Of a stretch of DNA of 64,000 nucleotides, positions 38,620-49,389 are shown in pieces; position 1 is the stretch's first letter, and every line of letters begins with the position of its first letter. The position numbers were made by a program, and so were the translations under genes. The stretch is from NCBI RefSeq assembly GCF_036321535.1, contig NC_087437.1, positions 2,790,001 through 2,854,000 on the forward strand, given 5' to 3'. The notes under the pieces were generated by a model. That model did not search any database. It worked only from the letters and a program-made list of their open reading frames with translations, and was not told where the DNA came from. This stretch comes from Camelus dromedarius. Its lineage: Eukaryota.

Positions 38620-38653
38620 ATATTTAACCTAGGAGACCTCAGCTCATTTGTAT
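38620..38653 (-). promoter_or_regulatory. IGHV promoter: degenerate octamer and TATA
   Basis: On -: ATACAAAT (38653-38646; consensus ATGCAAAT) followed by TTAAATA at ~38627-38621, about 105 nt above the ATG. Confidence 0.75.
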
Positions 38654-39414
38654 ATTCAAGAGGTTGAAAACTCTGTACTTAACAATCTGGTGCAACTTGA
38701 AAAGGAGAACATAAAGGACACAAGGACACACACTCCATGGATGCTGAGGGTCTTCATCCTCATCCTTGTTTGAGAATGTGCATCCCCTGCCACATCCCTG
38801 AACTCTGTGCAGAAAGAGCTCTTCCCACTGAGGGCCAAGCCCCCACAGGACAAGGCCCTCATTGTGACCCGCCTTTGAATGACTCAGAGACACCTGAACC
38901 TGTTCTGGGCTTTCATGTGTGAATGACTTACTCCTGGGACTGGAAGGCCGCACACTTTTTCACATTTTGAATTAATAAAACCATCCCTGTCTTCAAGCTA
39001 CTTACTATTGAAATAGCAGGAGCCCTAGAAATTCTCTTTTTAAATGTGGTCTTCACTGACTTACTAAGGCATGCAAAAGCTCTCATTAGAATCCAATATT
39101 TGAAGACACATCAGTAGTCCTTGTCAAATTGTTAGTATAGACTTTTTTTTTTTTGAAAAAAGAAAACCATGGCCCCCAAGGAAACCCCTCCAAGGCCCTC
39201 TGCCCCTGCTCCTGGGCTGGAGGCCCGTGCCAAGGCTTCCTGAGCGCCCTCACGTGGGAGGGCCCTCTGAGGTCACAGGGTGTGTACCTTCTAGTCCAGT
39301 ATTACATTCCTCTGCCCTGAAATCAGGGAGCACTTTCAGGGACATCAGGTTTTCTTTTCTTTTCTGTTTCTGTTCTCAGTTATTGAGGATGTTTTTGTTT
39401 GTTTCTTTTTTCCG

Positions 39415-39460
39415 TGTGTGTGTGTGTGTGTGTGTGTCGGTGTCGGTGTCGGTGTCGGTG
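39415..39460. repeat. (TG)n grading into (GTGTCG)n microsatellite
   Basis: Direct reading; adjoins a SINE tail. Confidence 0.9.
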
Positions 39461-39462
39461 TT

Positions 39463-39569
39463 GGGGGTAATTAGGTTTATTTATTTATTTTGTGGAGGTA
39501 CGAGGAACTGAACCCAGGACCTCATGCATGCTAGGCATGCACTCTACCACTGAGCTGTATCCTCCCCCC
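39463..39569 (-). mobile_element. Vic-1-like SINE
   Basis: GGTAATTAGGTTTATTTATTT...GAACCCAGGACCTCATGCATGCTAGGCATGCACTCTACCACTGAGCTGTATCCTCCCCC. Confidence 0.85.
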
Positions 39570-40125
39570 ATTATAAAATACGGAATGTAGTTCCCTCTGC
39601 TATACAGTAGGATGTTGTTTTTTATCTGTTTTGTGTATAGAAATTTGTATCTGCTAATTCCAAACTCCTAAAGTGTCCTTCCCCGATCCCATTTCCCCTT
39701 TGGTAAAAATGTTTGTTTTCTATGTCTGTGACTCTGTTTATGTTTGTAAGTAAGTTCATCTCTATCATATTTTAGATACCACATCTTAAGTGTTATACCA
39801 AATTTGCATTACTCTTTCTGACTTACATCACTGACTATGAAAATCTCTAGGTTCACTGATGCTGCAAATGGCATTATTTCATTCTTTTTTTATTGAAGAA
39901 GAGTCAGTTACAATATGTCAGTTTCTGGTGCACAGCACAATGTCCCAGTCATGCATATGCATACATATATTTGTTTTCATTTTCTTTTTCATTAAAGGCT
40001 ATTACAAGATATTGAATCTAGTTCCCTGTGCTATACAGAAGAAATCTGTTTTTTATCTATTTTTATATATATAGTGGTTAACTTTTGCAAGTCTCAAACT
40101 CCCTGATTTATCCCTTCCCACCCCC
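39570..40125 (-). mobile_element. Two nested L1 3' fragments
   Basis: GTTCCCT(C/G)TGCTATACAG occurs twice; the second fragment starts at poly-T ATTGAAG ~39885. Confidence 0.8.
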
Positions 40126-40245
40126 GGATGCTCACTTTGAGCCGTGCAGCTGTGGTGAATCAGCAGTTGAGTTGAGTCTGCTGACATCAGGTAGGATCTC
40201 TCAGCTTAGGGGAACTTCACATGGGTAGCGCCCCATCTCATTTGC

Positions 40246-40904
40246 TGTATTCTCGGTGTCAGGAATTTTTTCTTGCCTGTCAATAGTAAGAGTAATAATG
40301 AAATTTCCTGCTCAAGATGGGTGGCAGAGCGTGCCTGTTTACCTGTCCTCCTTTCCCAAATCGCATTAGGAAAAATGGGGCACAAGAGGATGGCTATGAC
40401 AAGACGCACCCCACCGAGTGAGGGTGCTTGGCTTCACACAAGAAAGAATTCAAGAGCGAGCAATAGTGGAGAAAGTAGGTTTATTCAGAGAGACATATAC
40501 TCCATAGACAGAGTGTGGACCATCTCAGAAGGCAAGAGGCGGCCCCAGGGCATGGGTCATCCAGCCCAGGGGGGTGGGAGTGCTCCATTTTTATGGGCTC
40601 AGTAATTAATGTCCTAACAAGTAGGAATATTTTTCCTTCTGTTTGAGGAAGGGGCGGGGATTTCCTGGAATTGGAGCACGGCCCACTCTTCGGCCTTTTG
40701 TAGCCTTGGAACTGTCATGGTGCCCGCGGGTGTGTCACTTAGCAGCTAAAGTATTACAATGAGCCTATAATGAGGCTCACAGTCTACTAGGATTTGAATC
40801 TTCCGCCATCTTGGGCCTGGTTGGTTCTAACCAGTTTATGTCCTATCCTCAATAGCTGTATCATTCTTTTAATGGTTGTGCCCTGCCCCTTCCCTCCTGT
40901 CTCA
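40246..40904 (-). mobile_element. MER41-like solo LTR
   Basis: On -: TGAGACAGGAGGGAAGGGGCAGGGCACA...CAAGATGGCGG...CTCATTATAGGCTCATTGTAATACTTTAGCTGCTAAGTGACACACCC..CCATGACAGTT...TTCCAGGAAATCCCCGCCCCTTCCT...AATAAA...ACA; flanks TTGC/TTGT (4-bp TSD, one mismatch). Confidence 0.8.
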
Positions 40905-41244
40905 TTGTGAGGTCAAGAAGAAACTCAAAGACTAAAGATGGTGCCCTATCAGGGGTAGTGGTGGGAGTGGTCCCCTCTGGGTGCTGGCAAGGGCTGGATG
41001 CATTGTCTATAAAGAGTTTAAAAATAATAATAAAACTCAAAGTTAGTCTGCTTTTTATTATCACCATGCAGTAATTCTAAACAGTGTTACTGACAAAAAA
41101 CACTTCTCTGTGCCTCAGCTGATGACCCCACCCACCCACCGCCCACTTGGAACTCCTCTGCCCAGCAGACACCAGATTGCCAGGCTTCTCTCTGAAGTAA
41201 GTTGAATTTGCCTTCTGGGTGAGAGCATTAAAATAGCATATCAT

Positions 41245-41460
41245 AGACCTCTGTTTTCTGCTAAGGTAGCCACTAGCTAGCTACACGTGGCTATTTACAT
41301 TTAAATCAATAAAAATAAAATTATATTAAAATTCACTTTCTAGTCTCACTAGCCACATTTCAAGAGTTTATCAGCTTCAGAAAACAAGGGGCTACTGTAC
41401 TGGGCAGCGCAGACATAGGCTATTTCCATCAGTACAGAAAATCCTGTTAGGGTTGCTGTG
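41245..41460. mobile_element. MER3/MER33-like hAT-Charlie fragment
   Basis: GTAGCCACTAGC..CACGTGGCTATTTACATTTAAA...CACTAGCCACATTTCAAG. Confidence 0.65.
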
Positions 41461-41520
41461 GACGCTACCAGGTGTCTGACCATAGGAAAACGTAAATTAA
41501 CGGCATGCTACTCATGCATA

Positions 41521-42065
41521 TGGTTGCCAGAAAATCAGCCTCTGCACCCCAGAAAGCGAATTCAAACGTGGAGACAGAGTCTTGGGAGCAAAGAAGAGAG
41601 CCACTTCACTGCAGCGGGCTCATGCCTTAGAGACTGTGCCTCCATCCCAGGGCTGGGACTTGGTGATTATATAGGCAGACGGGACCGAGCACATCAGTGA
41701 TAAGGAACAGTAGAGGCTTTTACTGAAGTTTATCTTGTGTTGGGAATTTCTGGTCCCGAGGCCTTGGCGTTGTCAGGTCTGACCCCACTGGTGTCACAAG
41801 GGCTTTTGGAGGCCCTGGCCATTCCTTCAAGGTTATCGTTCTGTGACCTTTCTGGAAAACAGCCTCTGGGTTTTGGATACAAGTTGTTTAGGGAAGAGTG
41901 TAAATCAGGGTTGGGTTGCTAAGCACGTAACCATTCGAGCAAGTTAAACAATAGCAGTAGCAAGGAGGAAAACCAGTTAGTCAGTTAGAACTCTGAGAAA
42001 ACAAGTGAATCCATCACAGGAAACTCTGTAAGCTGTCTTAGCATCAGGGAAGCCATTCTGTGACT
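41521..42065 (-). mobile_element. ERV LTR-like element
   Basis: AAGCGAATTCAAACGTGGAGACAGAGTCTTGGG segment typical of antisense LTR ends; boundaries approximate. Confidence 0.5.
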
Positions 42066-43756
42066 CCTTCAATATCGTGTATAATAGTATTTCTGAAATG
42101 AACTGTGGCATAATAAATCAGCACTGCCTGGGGCAGCATTAAATCTACCCCACAGACATATGTCTCTACCTATGAAAGTCTGAGAATGGTTCAGTTCAAT
42201 GCAGATATGACTGACTGCCCACTCCGAGCCAGGACTGGTTAAGGAACTAGAGATGAGTCCGATTCCTGCCAGGAGGAGTTGATCATCTCCAGATGATGAA
42301 GAAACATACAGGTAAACAATAGTATATTGCAGGATGATATGTGTCAGAACTGAAGGGTGCTTGAAGTATAGAGCCAGCACAGAGGAAGGTTTAACAAACT
42401 ATCTCTACCTCGAAGGTGGGAGGAAGTTGGTATTTGAAGACATAAAGGCAAGCCCTACCTTTGTGTTACAGAACTAAACCAATTATTGCTAATAAATGTG
42501 TATTGCAAATTATATAAATCTTAAAGCGCCCAGCAGAGACTTAGTGGAAATTGAGGTCTTTGCTGCAGCCAGCGTTCTGCTTCTCCATGGCTCTCAAAGA
42601 CCCTTTTCAAGTGCCCATGAGGAATGTTCCCACCTCAGATGAGAAGGCAGCACAATGTCACCATAGTTCACCGTTCCTGATCTGCCCTAAACTTCCTTTC
42701 TGACCAAAATGAAAGGCTCTGGGTTGAGGTATTTTCATGGAAACATGGTGTCTCTGGACAAGAGAAGGTGCTTTTCGATGCTCTGTATCCTTGGGGATTA
42801 AAAGAGGGCAGAGAGGGTATCTGGGTGTCTTGGAGCAGAACAGGGACCAACGCTAGGTGTTTTGACCCTCTGTGGCTTCTTTATGTTTGATCTTGGACAT
42901 CCCTTACAACTCCATTTAATTTAGTTATTAAGTCCTTAAAAGAAAAGTGTTTTTCCTTCTTGGGCGGATGGGCAAGGGGGACCTAGGTGGACAGGATGTC
43001 TTTCCTCTCTAATGGGATGGAATTCCTGGGAAGGCCGTGGATAGGCTGATGGAGACAGAGGTAGTAGCCTCTCGAGAGGTTAGAAAATGGAAATGCTTTA
43101 GAAGTGCTGAAAATCTCAGTTGTGATTGCCCTTAAGCAGAGTTCCATCTTCTGCATTTGTTCTGGGCTGATAGGTGCAATGCTCTCTCCTTCCAGACGGG
43201 GGTGGAACTACTGAACCCAGGGAAGGGATGGTGGCACTGCCAAGTGGGGCCCCTTACCACCGTGCTCAGGAAAAAGCAGGAAGTCTTCCTGTTCCTGAAA
43301 GTGAACTTTTTGGGTGTCCATTGTCTAGAGGGCTGGCTAGGGAAGATACCCCTCCTGCAATCCAGGCAGAGATTGGCTGGAGGCTGAGGCTGAGGGACAG
43401 ACTAGGGAAACTCAGGGCTGATTAGAAGGAAGCACAATGGTTGATGGAGGGTGGAGGGGGCAGAAGTGAGCAAAGAGTGACAAGCATCTTGCTTGGGATA
43501 TCTGCTCTTAAAGCATCACCTCTGAGGCTCTTCCTCCTCCAACCTCCAAAGCCCCAAATAAACCATCGGACTCACGATGTGAAGACCCACGTCACTCAAG
43601 AGCACCGTCGATAGCAGCAAGGGAGGCCCTGGCTCTGCGGGACCGCTGCCAATGCAGCGTATCTTCTCTGGGTTTCCAGTCTGAGGAATCTGAGAACAGA
43701 ACCAAAGTCTCAACAGGTGCTCCTTAAGTCCCTGTGGAAGCTCTCTCGTCGTCTGA

Positions 43757-43870
43757 GGCAGCGGTTCTCCAAGTGTGGTCCCTGGACCAGCGGCGTCAGC
43801 ACCACCTGGGAAATGGTTAAACACGCAGATTCTCCAGTCCCACCCTGATCTACTGTGTCAGACCCTCTGG
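43757..43870 (+). mobile_element. MER5A-like fragment
   Basis: CAGCGGTTCTCCAAGTGTGGTCCCTGGACCAGCGGCGTCAGCACCACCTGGGAAATGGTTAAACACGCAGATTCTC. Confidence 0.75.
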
Positions 43871-44652
43871 ATTTTACTTTCGAGCCTTACAAGTGCTCAA
43901 CACGTAGCCCACCTGAAAACACGTCTCACTTCAGTTTCTGTAAACCCTGGGTCCCTGAGCCAGGTTACAGTTTTGGAGTTTTTAGGAATTTGCTGGGGGG
44001 CACGTTTCATCCCTCTCACTTGGAGCAACACAAGGGAATATCCGATAAATTGAACAAACGCCATACTTGTCTCTCCTCACCCATGGCAGGAGCCCTCAGT
44101 GCAGAAAATAAAAATAAAAGACGACTTTGTTAGTAAAGAAAACCCACAGAAAATTGGGAAGCTGCAGGTGCAAAGTCAAGATCAAGGTCTTGCCAAATGT
44201 AGGTTTTTCCCTGGGATGTACAGGTATTCTGCAAAGTTAACAGAAAGGGAAGATGAAAGCAGGGTGGAGAGCCGGCGGCTTCAGAGTGTCAGCACCACCC
44301 ACTGCGCAGCCTGTGCACCTTCCTGCAGGTGCCCCTGGGGCGCGCCCTTAACAGTGGGCGCTCAGCCCAGCACAGCGCTCTCCCGGGAGGCCTGCCTCTG
44401 CCTTCCTGGCGCCTCAAGCACCAGCTGTGTTTTCTCCCTCTGCCCCCACTTCCTTCCTCTTTCCTGTAGGATTGCCAGGACATTCCTGTCGGTGCTGGAC
44501 CAGGCAGAACACACCTTCCTACCTCTCCTGGCCTATGATGACTTGTCCCCTCTCATTACCTTAACTGGGGTCCTGATGGGATGGAGCTGCGTTCCTGGGC
44601 CCTTCTAGGCTCTCTTTTGGCTAAAGAAGGACTCATTTCTAATTGTGCCTTT

Positions 44653-44840
44653 CAGGGTTGCTAGATTTCCCACGTAAAAGTATAGAAAGCCCAGGTAAAT
44701 TTGAATTTCAGACAAATGATGAAAAAATTGTGTAATATTTGGGACCTCCTTAGATTGAAAAAACTATTCATTATTTATCTGGAATTCGGATTTATTATTG
44801 TCTTGTATTTTAATATTGTCTTGTATTTTACATGGCAAAC
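44653..44840. mobile_element. MER53-like hAT element
   Basis: AGGGTTGCTAGATTT...CCCAGGTAAATTTGAATTTCAGACAAAT...ATTTATCTGGAATTC...TGGCAA, a palindromic arrangement. Confidence 0.65.
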
Positions 44841-46420
44841 TGACTTCCGGGGGTCCCATTTCAGCTGCTTTATGCAGGAGAGACACTTTCTTTAAGAAAG
44901 GAATGTATTTAGTCATAAAAAGGGCAGGCTTCCCTACCCACTAGCTATGTGGTGCCATATACTGATTACATACTGAAATGATAATGTTTTTCACATATTG
45001 GATTCAACTATATTGTGAAAATTAATTTCACCTGTGTCTTTTTATTTTTTTTCCTTAAATGCAGCTACTAGAAAATGTAAACTTTTATATGGTGGTGACA
45101 TTTGCAGTCTGCATTCCATTTCCAGTGGACAGTGCTGGCCTAGAGCCAAGTTGGGGGGACCTGATGACTGTCAGGCCGGGAGCTGGGTGCCCACTGCTCA
45201 GGAGTTAGACTCTCATCATTAGAGTCTCATGCAGCCTACCTGGCTGGAGACAGACAGAATCCTTGAGCGTAGTTTGTGTTCACAAAGTTTTCATTGCTTT
45301 TATTTACTCTTCTGACCAAACCTCGGTGATTTCTGAGTGGCTCCAGCACAAACAGGATTGGGGCTGATGTCTCCTATGAAGTGTGTTTGGCCGATGACTT
45401 ATGTCTTGAGGTCGAGACACGGTGGGAGGGGGCAGGATGGGGCTGTTGGGAAACGCGGTTCCGAGTTGTTCTTTTTACTTCTTTTTCTTCCTTTGATTTT
45501 ATGACTGCAGACTGGTGGTGGCAAGACAGCTCTGACTATATTTGCTCAAAGCAGATGTCCCCATTAATTTAGAATTTGAGAGACTGAAAACCAAAGAGGG
45601 TGGCACTAAGAAATGTAGAAATTTCAGCAGCCAAACCAAATCTCTGCAAGTCTCCTGACTTCTGAACACTATTTACAGAGCTGGGTTCTGGGAAGTGGGA
45701 CATCTTTTTATAACTGGCGGTATTTTAGGGTTTCACAGTTTAGATCTAGGACTTAAATTCTCAGTCTGTCGCTCCCTTCCTCCCCCCACTACCTAACCTC
45801 CTTCTGAAGTTCTTGGAAAGTAAACAAACATGAGTGAAAGCAAAGCAAAGAGTCAAGACCTTGCAGAGGCCAAGGTCGGACTGTGGTCAAACAACTTGCT
45901 GTTTACCAAGTTCCATTTAGAATCTGTGTGCCAGCCATGTCAACCTGCAGAATCTGCTCTCGGGTGCAGAATCCACCATCTGTCCACTTCCACTTTTTCT
46001 TCTGAGTCTCACCACCCGCTGCCCGGGTTGCCACATTGCCCTCCGTGGTTGCCTTGTCCCTGATTCTGGGATGCTATTCACGATCTCAGGCCAGTGAGAG
46101 GGGGTTGCTGCCGCCTCCCTTAGCAGTGAGCCTAGTGAGCTAGTGAGTCTAGCGGTTACTTCATCTAAGCCGAGCCCTCCCCCGACCCTCGGTCCTCTTG
46201 TTGGCATCACTGGCATCCATGTGAGGGGCTGTTGCTGTACATGTGTGACCTGTGGCTCTGCAGTGAGAGGAGCACTAATGGCATCGGCTGGCGGAATGAG
46301 GACCAGGGGCTGAGTGCCAGACTCCATTTTGGGAGGACAGCATCTCACGTCCACGGAGCCTTGAGATCTCAGACCCAAAGGAGACGGAGGCCACGTGTGT
46401 AGAAGGGTGGTGGGTGCTGG

Positions 46421-46499
46421 CCTGGAAATAGGCACACGTGAGAAAGTTGTTGCTACTGGGCCTGGAAATAGGCACACGTGAGAAAGTTGTTGCTACTGG
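46421..46499. repeat. Perfect 40-bp tandem duplication
   Basis: CCTGGAAATAGGCACACGTGAGAAAGTTGTTGCTACTGG at 46421 and 46461. Confidence 0.97.
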
Positions 46500-47044
46500 A
46501 GTCCTGGCTTGTCTAGAGAGGGGTCTGGAGCAATGGCATCTGGCTTGGAGTTCTGCCAAGTGAGGCTGGAGATTTGCCAGAAGCTCTCCATCCCCTGCTC
46601 ACTGGCCCTTGTGCTAGACCAGCAGGAAACTGGAGATGAGACGTAACTCTCCAGATAGAGGCGCCAGGACAAGCGAAAACAAAACCCAAAATTCAGCAGT
46701 CTCATGCTCTGCTCGCCAGACCACGCTGCCAAGATGTAGCCGTTAGACTGCGCCTTTCTTTCCCTTATGTACCTCCCACGATCGCCACTCACCCTTGTGT
46801 CTGTGCTGTCGGGTTTCATCCAGGCAGCAGTGCGGTTTGCCATGTACAATCAGAGCAAGTTAGGGGAAGGATGGGGCCTGGATCTTAGCTTTGTGTGTTG
46901 GGATGGTGGTGGGGGGTGGTCCGCAAGCTGGGAAAGGACCAGGACCCCAGGGCATTGCCATCTCCAGTCCCGGGTGAGGCGCGAAGCGATGGAATGTCCC
47001 AACAGCTGAAGTACAGACGGTGGTACAGACGGTGAGTATGGACA

Positions 47045-48330
47045 GGCACCTCCAGTTACATGTTGCAGCGTACTAAACCAGCCAAAGTTACTGGTGTAAA
47101 CAAAAGTTACTGTGTTATGCTCATGTTAGGAATTTGGAAAGAGCAGGATGGGCAGGGCTTATCTCTGGTCCACGTTGTCTGGGGCTCAGCTGGGAAGACT
47201 TGAAAGCTGGGGAGGACTTGACAGCCTGGGCTGGAATGACCTACAGTCCTGCTCACTCACATGTCTTGCTGTTGGACTTCAGCTTGGCCTGTTGGCCTGA
47301 ATGCCTACACATGACCCTCCCACATGGCCGCCTGGGCTTCCTCACAGCATGGGGCTGGGGTCCCAGAGCAAGAAGCCCCAGAGAAGCAGGGGGAAGCGGC
47401 GGGTCCCTTTCTGGCCTAACCTTGGAAGTCACACAGCACCACTTCTGCAGGGATGTACAAGCCCCAGGCCCTGGTCAGAGTCAAGTGGAGGGGACACAGA
47501 CACCACTTTACAATCCGAGAAGTGACACAGACGTGAGGGGTCATGTTTTACATCAGAATATCCTCTGGCCACAATTACTTACATTCCTCCCAGATGGAAA
47601 ATAGGTTTCCTCCTCCCAAGTCCCTACAGAAGTCTCACCCCATTGTGAAATCAGGTTCAGCCTCGAGGTCTAGGTGCCAGTGAGGCTCCCTGGGTCTGGC
47701 TCCTCAAACCCAGCTCCCTGAGTAGCATCTGTCTGAGTCTGAAGACCTGAGAACTGAAGAGACTGATGCTGTCTGGTGGGACAGGCATGGGCAGCTGCAG
47801 CAGACATTCCCATTCAAGAAGAGGGAAAACAGGAGGCACTTAGCAGCCGCTGGGCCATAGCAGTTCTGAAACCCAGCGAGGCACACGTGACGGATTGCTT
47901 ACTAGGGCTCAGTGCTGCCACCTGGGAATATTAATTCCGTGGCTCTCGTGTCTGCTCTCTGGGCTCTCAGTTGTACCCTCTGAGTAACTCTTCTTTGTCT
48001 GCAAGAAACAGACTCCAAGGTAATGCCAGGAGGTTTGGTAAAGGAGGCAGGAGACATGTGGACCACCCGTCCACGGGGAGCAGAGTTTGGCCCCTGGGTT
48101 TGGTTTTGGAGCATGAATCCAGATTCCTGTTTCTGGGCATAGAGACTGGTAATAAAGTGACACACACAACCTTGGTCCTTGTTGAGGGGACTGGATGGAA
48201 ATTTGCGTCCGACATCCCTCACAAAAGTGAGGCGGGGTGGAGGACCCAGGGAGATGAGGGAGTTTTCTTATGTACAAAGAGTGAAGCTATTTCAGTCTGT
48301 GTGAAGTTGGTCAGCTCAGCAAAAACTTTA
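47045..48330 (-). mobile_element. MaLR LTR plus internal fragment (MLT1-like)
   Basis: CCTAACCTTGGAAGTCACACAGCACCACTTCTGC LTR block followed by MaLR-int-like CAGACATTCCCATTCAAGAAGAGGGAAA. Confidence 0.6.
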
Positions 48331-48574
48331 CGCTGGTGTTTTTCTAAGCTTAATTCACTTCCCAAAAGTCAATCAGGGCCCTCTGAGAACTGTGCACTTC
48401 CCAGCAACATTAATATATGATGCTTTGATTTGCTGTTCCCAGGTGACACAGTAAAGGAGTTTTCACCTGAAGTAGTTTGCCTGCAGAGCTACCAGGACAG
48501 TTTAATTATCTCCTTACAGTTTATATGTCACACACTCAACCAGGGCTGAGGCGGTTTGCATTAAAAACAAGATT

Positions 48575-48668
48575 GGGAGGAGAGGCACAGCCCAGTGGTA
48601 GAGTGTATGCTTAGCTTGCATGAGGTCCTGGGTTTAATCCGGAGTGCCTCCATTAAAAAAAAAAAAAA
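48575..48668 (+). mobile_element. Vic-1-like SINE
   Basis: GGGAGGAGAGGCACAGCCCAGTGGTAGAGTGTATGCTTAGCTTGCATGAGGTCCTGGGTTTAATCC..CCTCCATT followed by an A-run. Confidence 0.8.
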
Positions 48669-48718
48669 CACCCAAGATTATCAAAATAAAAATAAAGGGT
48701 CAAAAACCATGTAGACAA

Positions 48719-49389
48719 GTGTCTGCCGAGGCAGCCAATGCTTCCTGCACCCGCCAAGGTCAAGGCCATGTTCAGCTGGAAGATGGTGAAGCCCAATGGC
48801 GAGAAGCCAGACAGGTTCGAGTCCGGCATCTCCCAGGCCCTCCTGGAGCTGGAGATGAACTCAGACCTCAAGGCGCAGCTGCGGGAGCTGAGCATCACCG
48901 CGGCCAAGGAAACTGAAGCTGGTGGTGGCTGGAAAGCTATTATAATCTTTGTTCTGGTCCCTCAACTGAAATCTTTCCAGAAAATCCAAGTCCGGCTAGT
49001 GCGCGAGTTGGAGGAAAAGTTCAGCGGGAAGCACGTTGTGTTTGTTGCTCAGAGGAGAATTCTGCCTAAGCCAGCTCAAAAAAGCCACACCAAAAATAAG
49101 CAAAAGCGTCCCAGGAGCTGCGCTCTGATGGCCGTGCACGAGGCCATCGTGGAGGACCCGGCCTTCCCGAGTGAGACCGCGGGCAAGGGGCTCTGCGTGG
49201 GGCTGGACGGCAGCCGGCTCATAATGGTCCATTTGGATAAAGCGTGGCAGAAAGACGTGCAGCACAAGGGTGAGATACTTTCTTGTGTCTACAAGAAGCT
49301 CACGGGCAAGGATGTGAGTTTTGAATTTCCAGAGTTTCAGCTGGAAACAAAAATAACTAAATAAAATAGTATTCACAATGAAAAAAAAA
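48719..49389 (+). pseudogene. RPS7: RPS7 processed retrocopy with uninterrupted ORF (ATG 48768, stop 49364)
   Basis: Intronless [41 protein letters not shown]...[18 protein letters not shown]+ETKITK; AATAAA at ~49360, A-tail at 49381; TSD AAAAACCATGTAGACAA (48702-48718) / AAAAAACATGTAAACAA (49384-49400). Confidence 0.96.

Noticed and set aside
40236..40245. CTCATTTGC as a second IGHV octamer promoter
   Set aside because: After removing the LTR the sequence continues GAGG, not AT, so no octamer is formed.
45917..46849. Minus-strand frame of ~310 codons with a single TAG
   Set aside because: No recognisable homology, and its continuity depends on the recent 40-bp duplication, which shifts the frame; probably chance.
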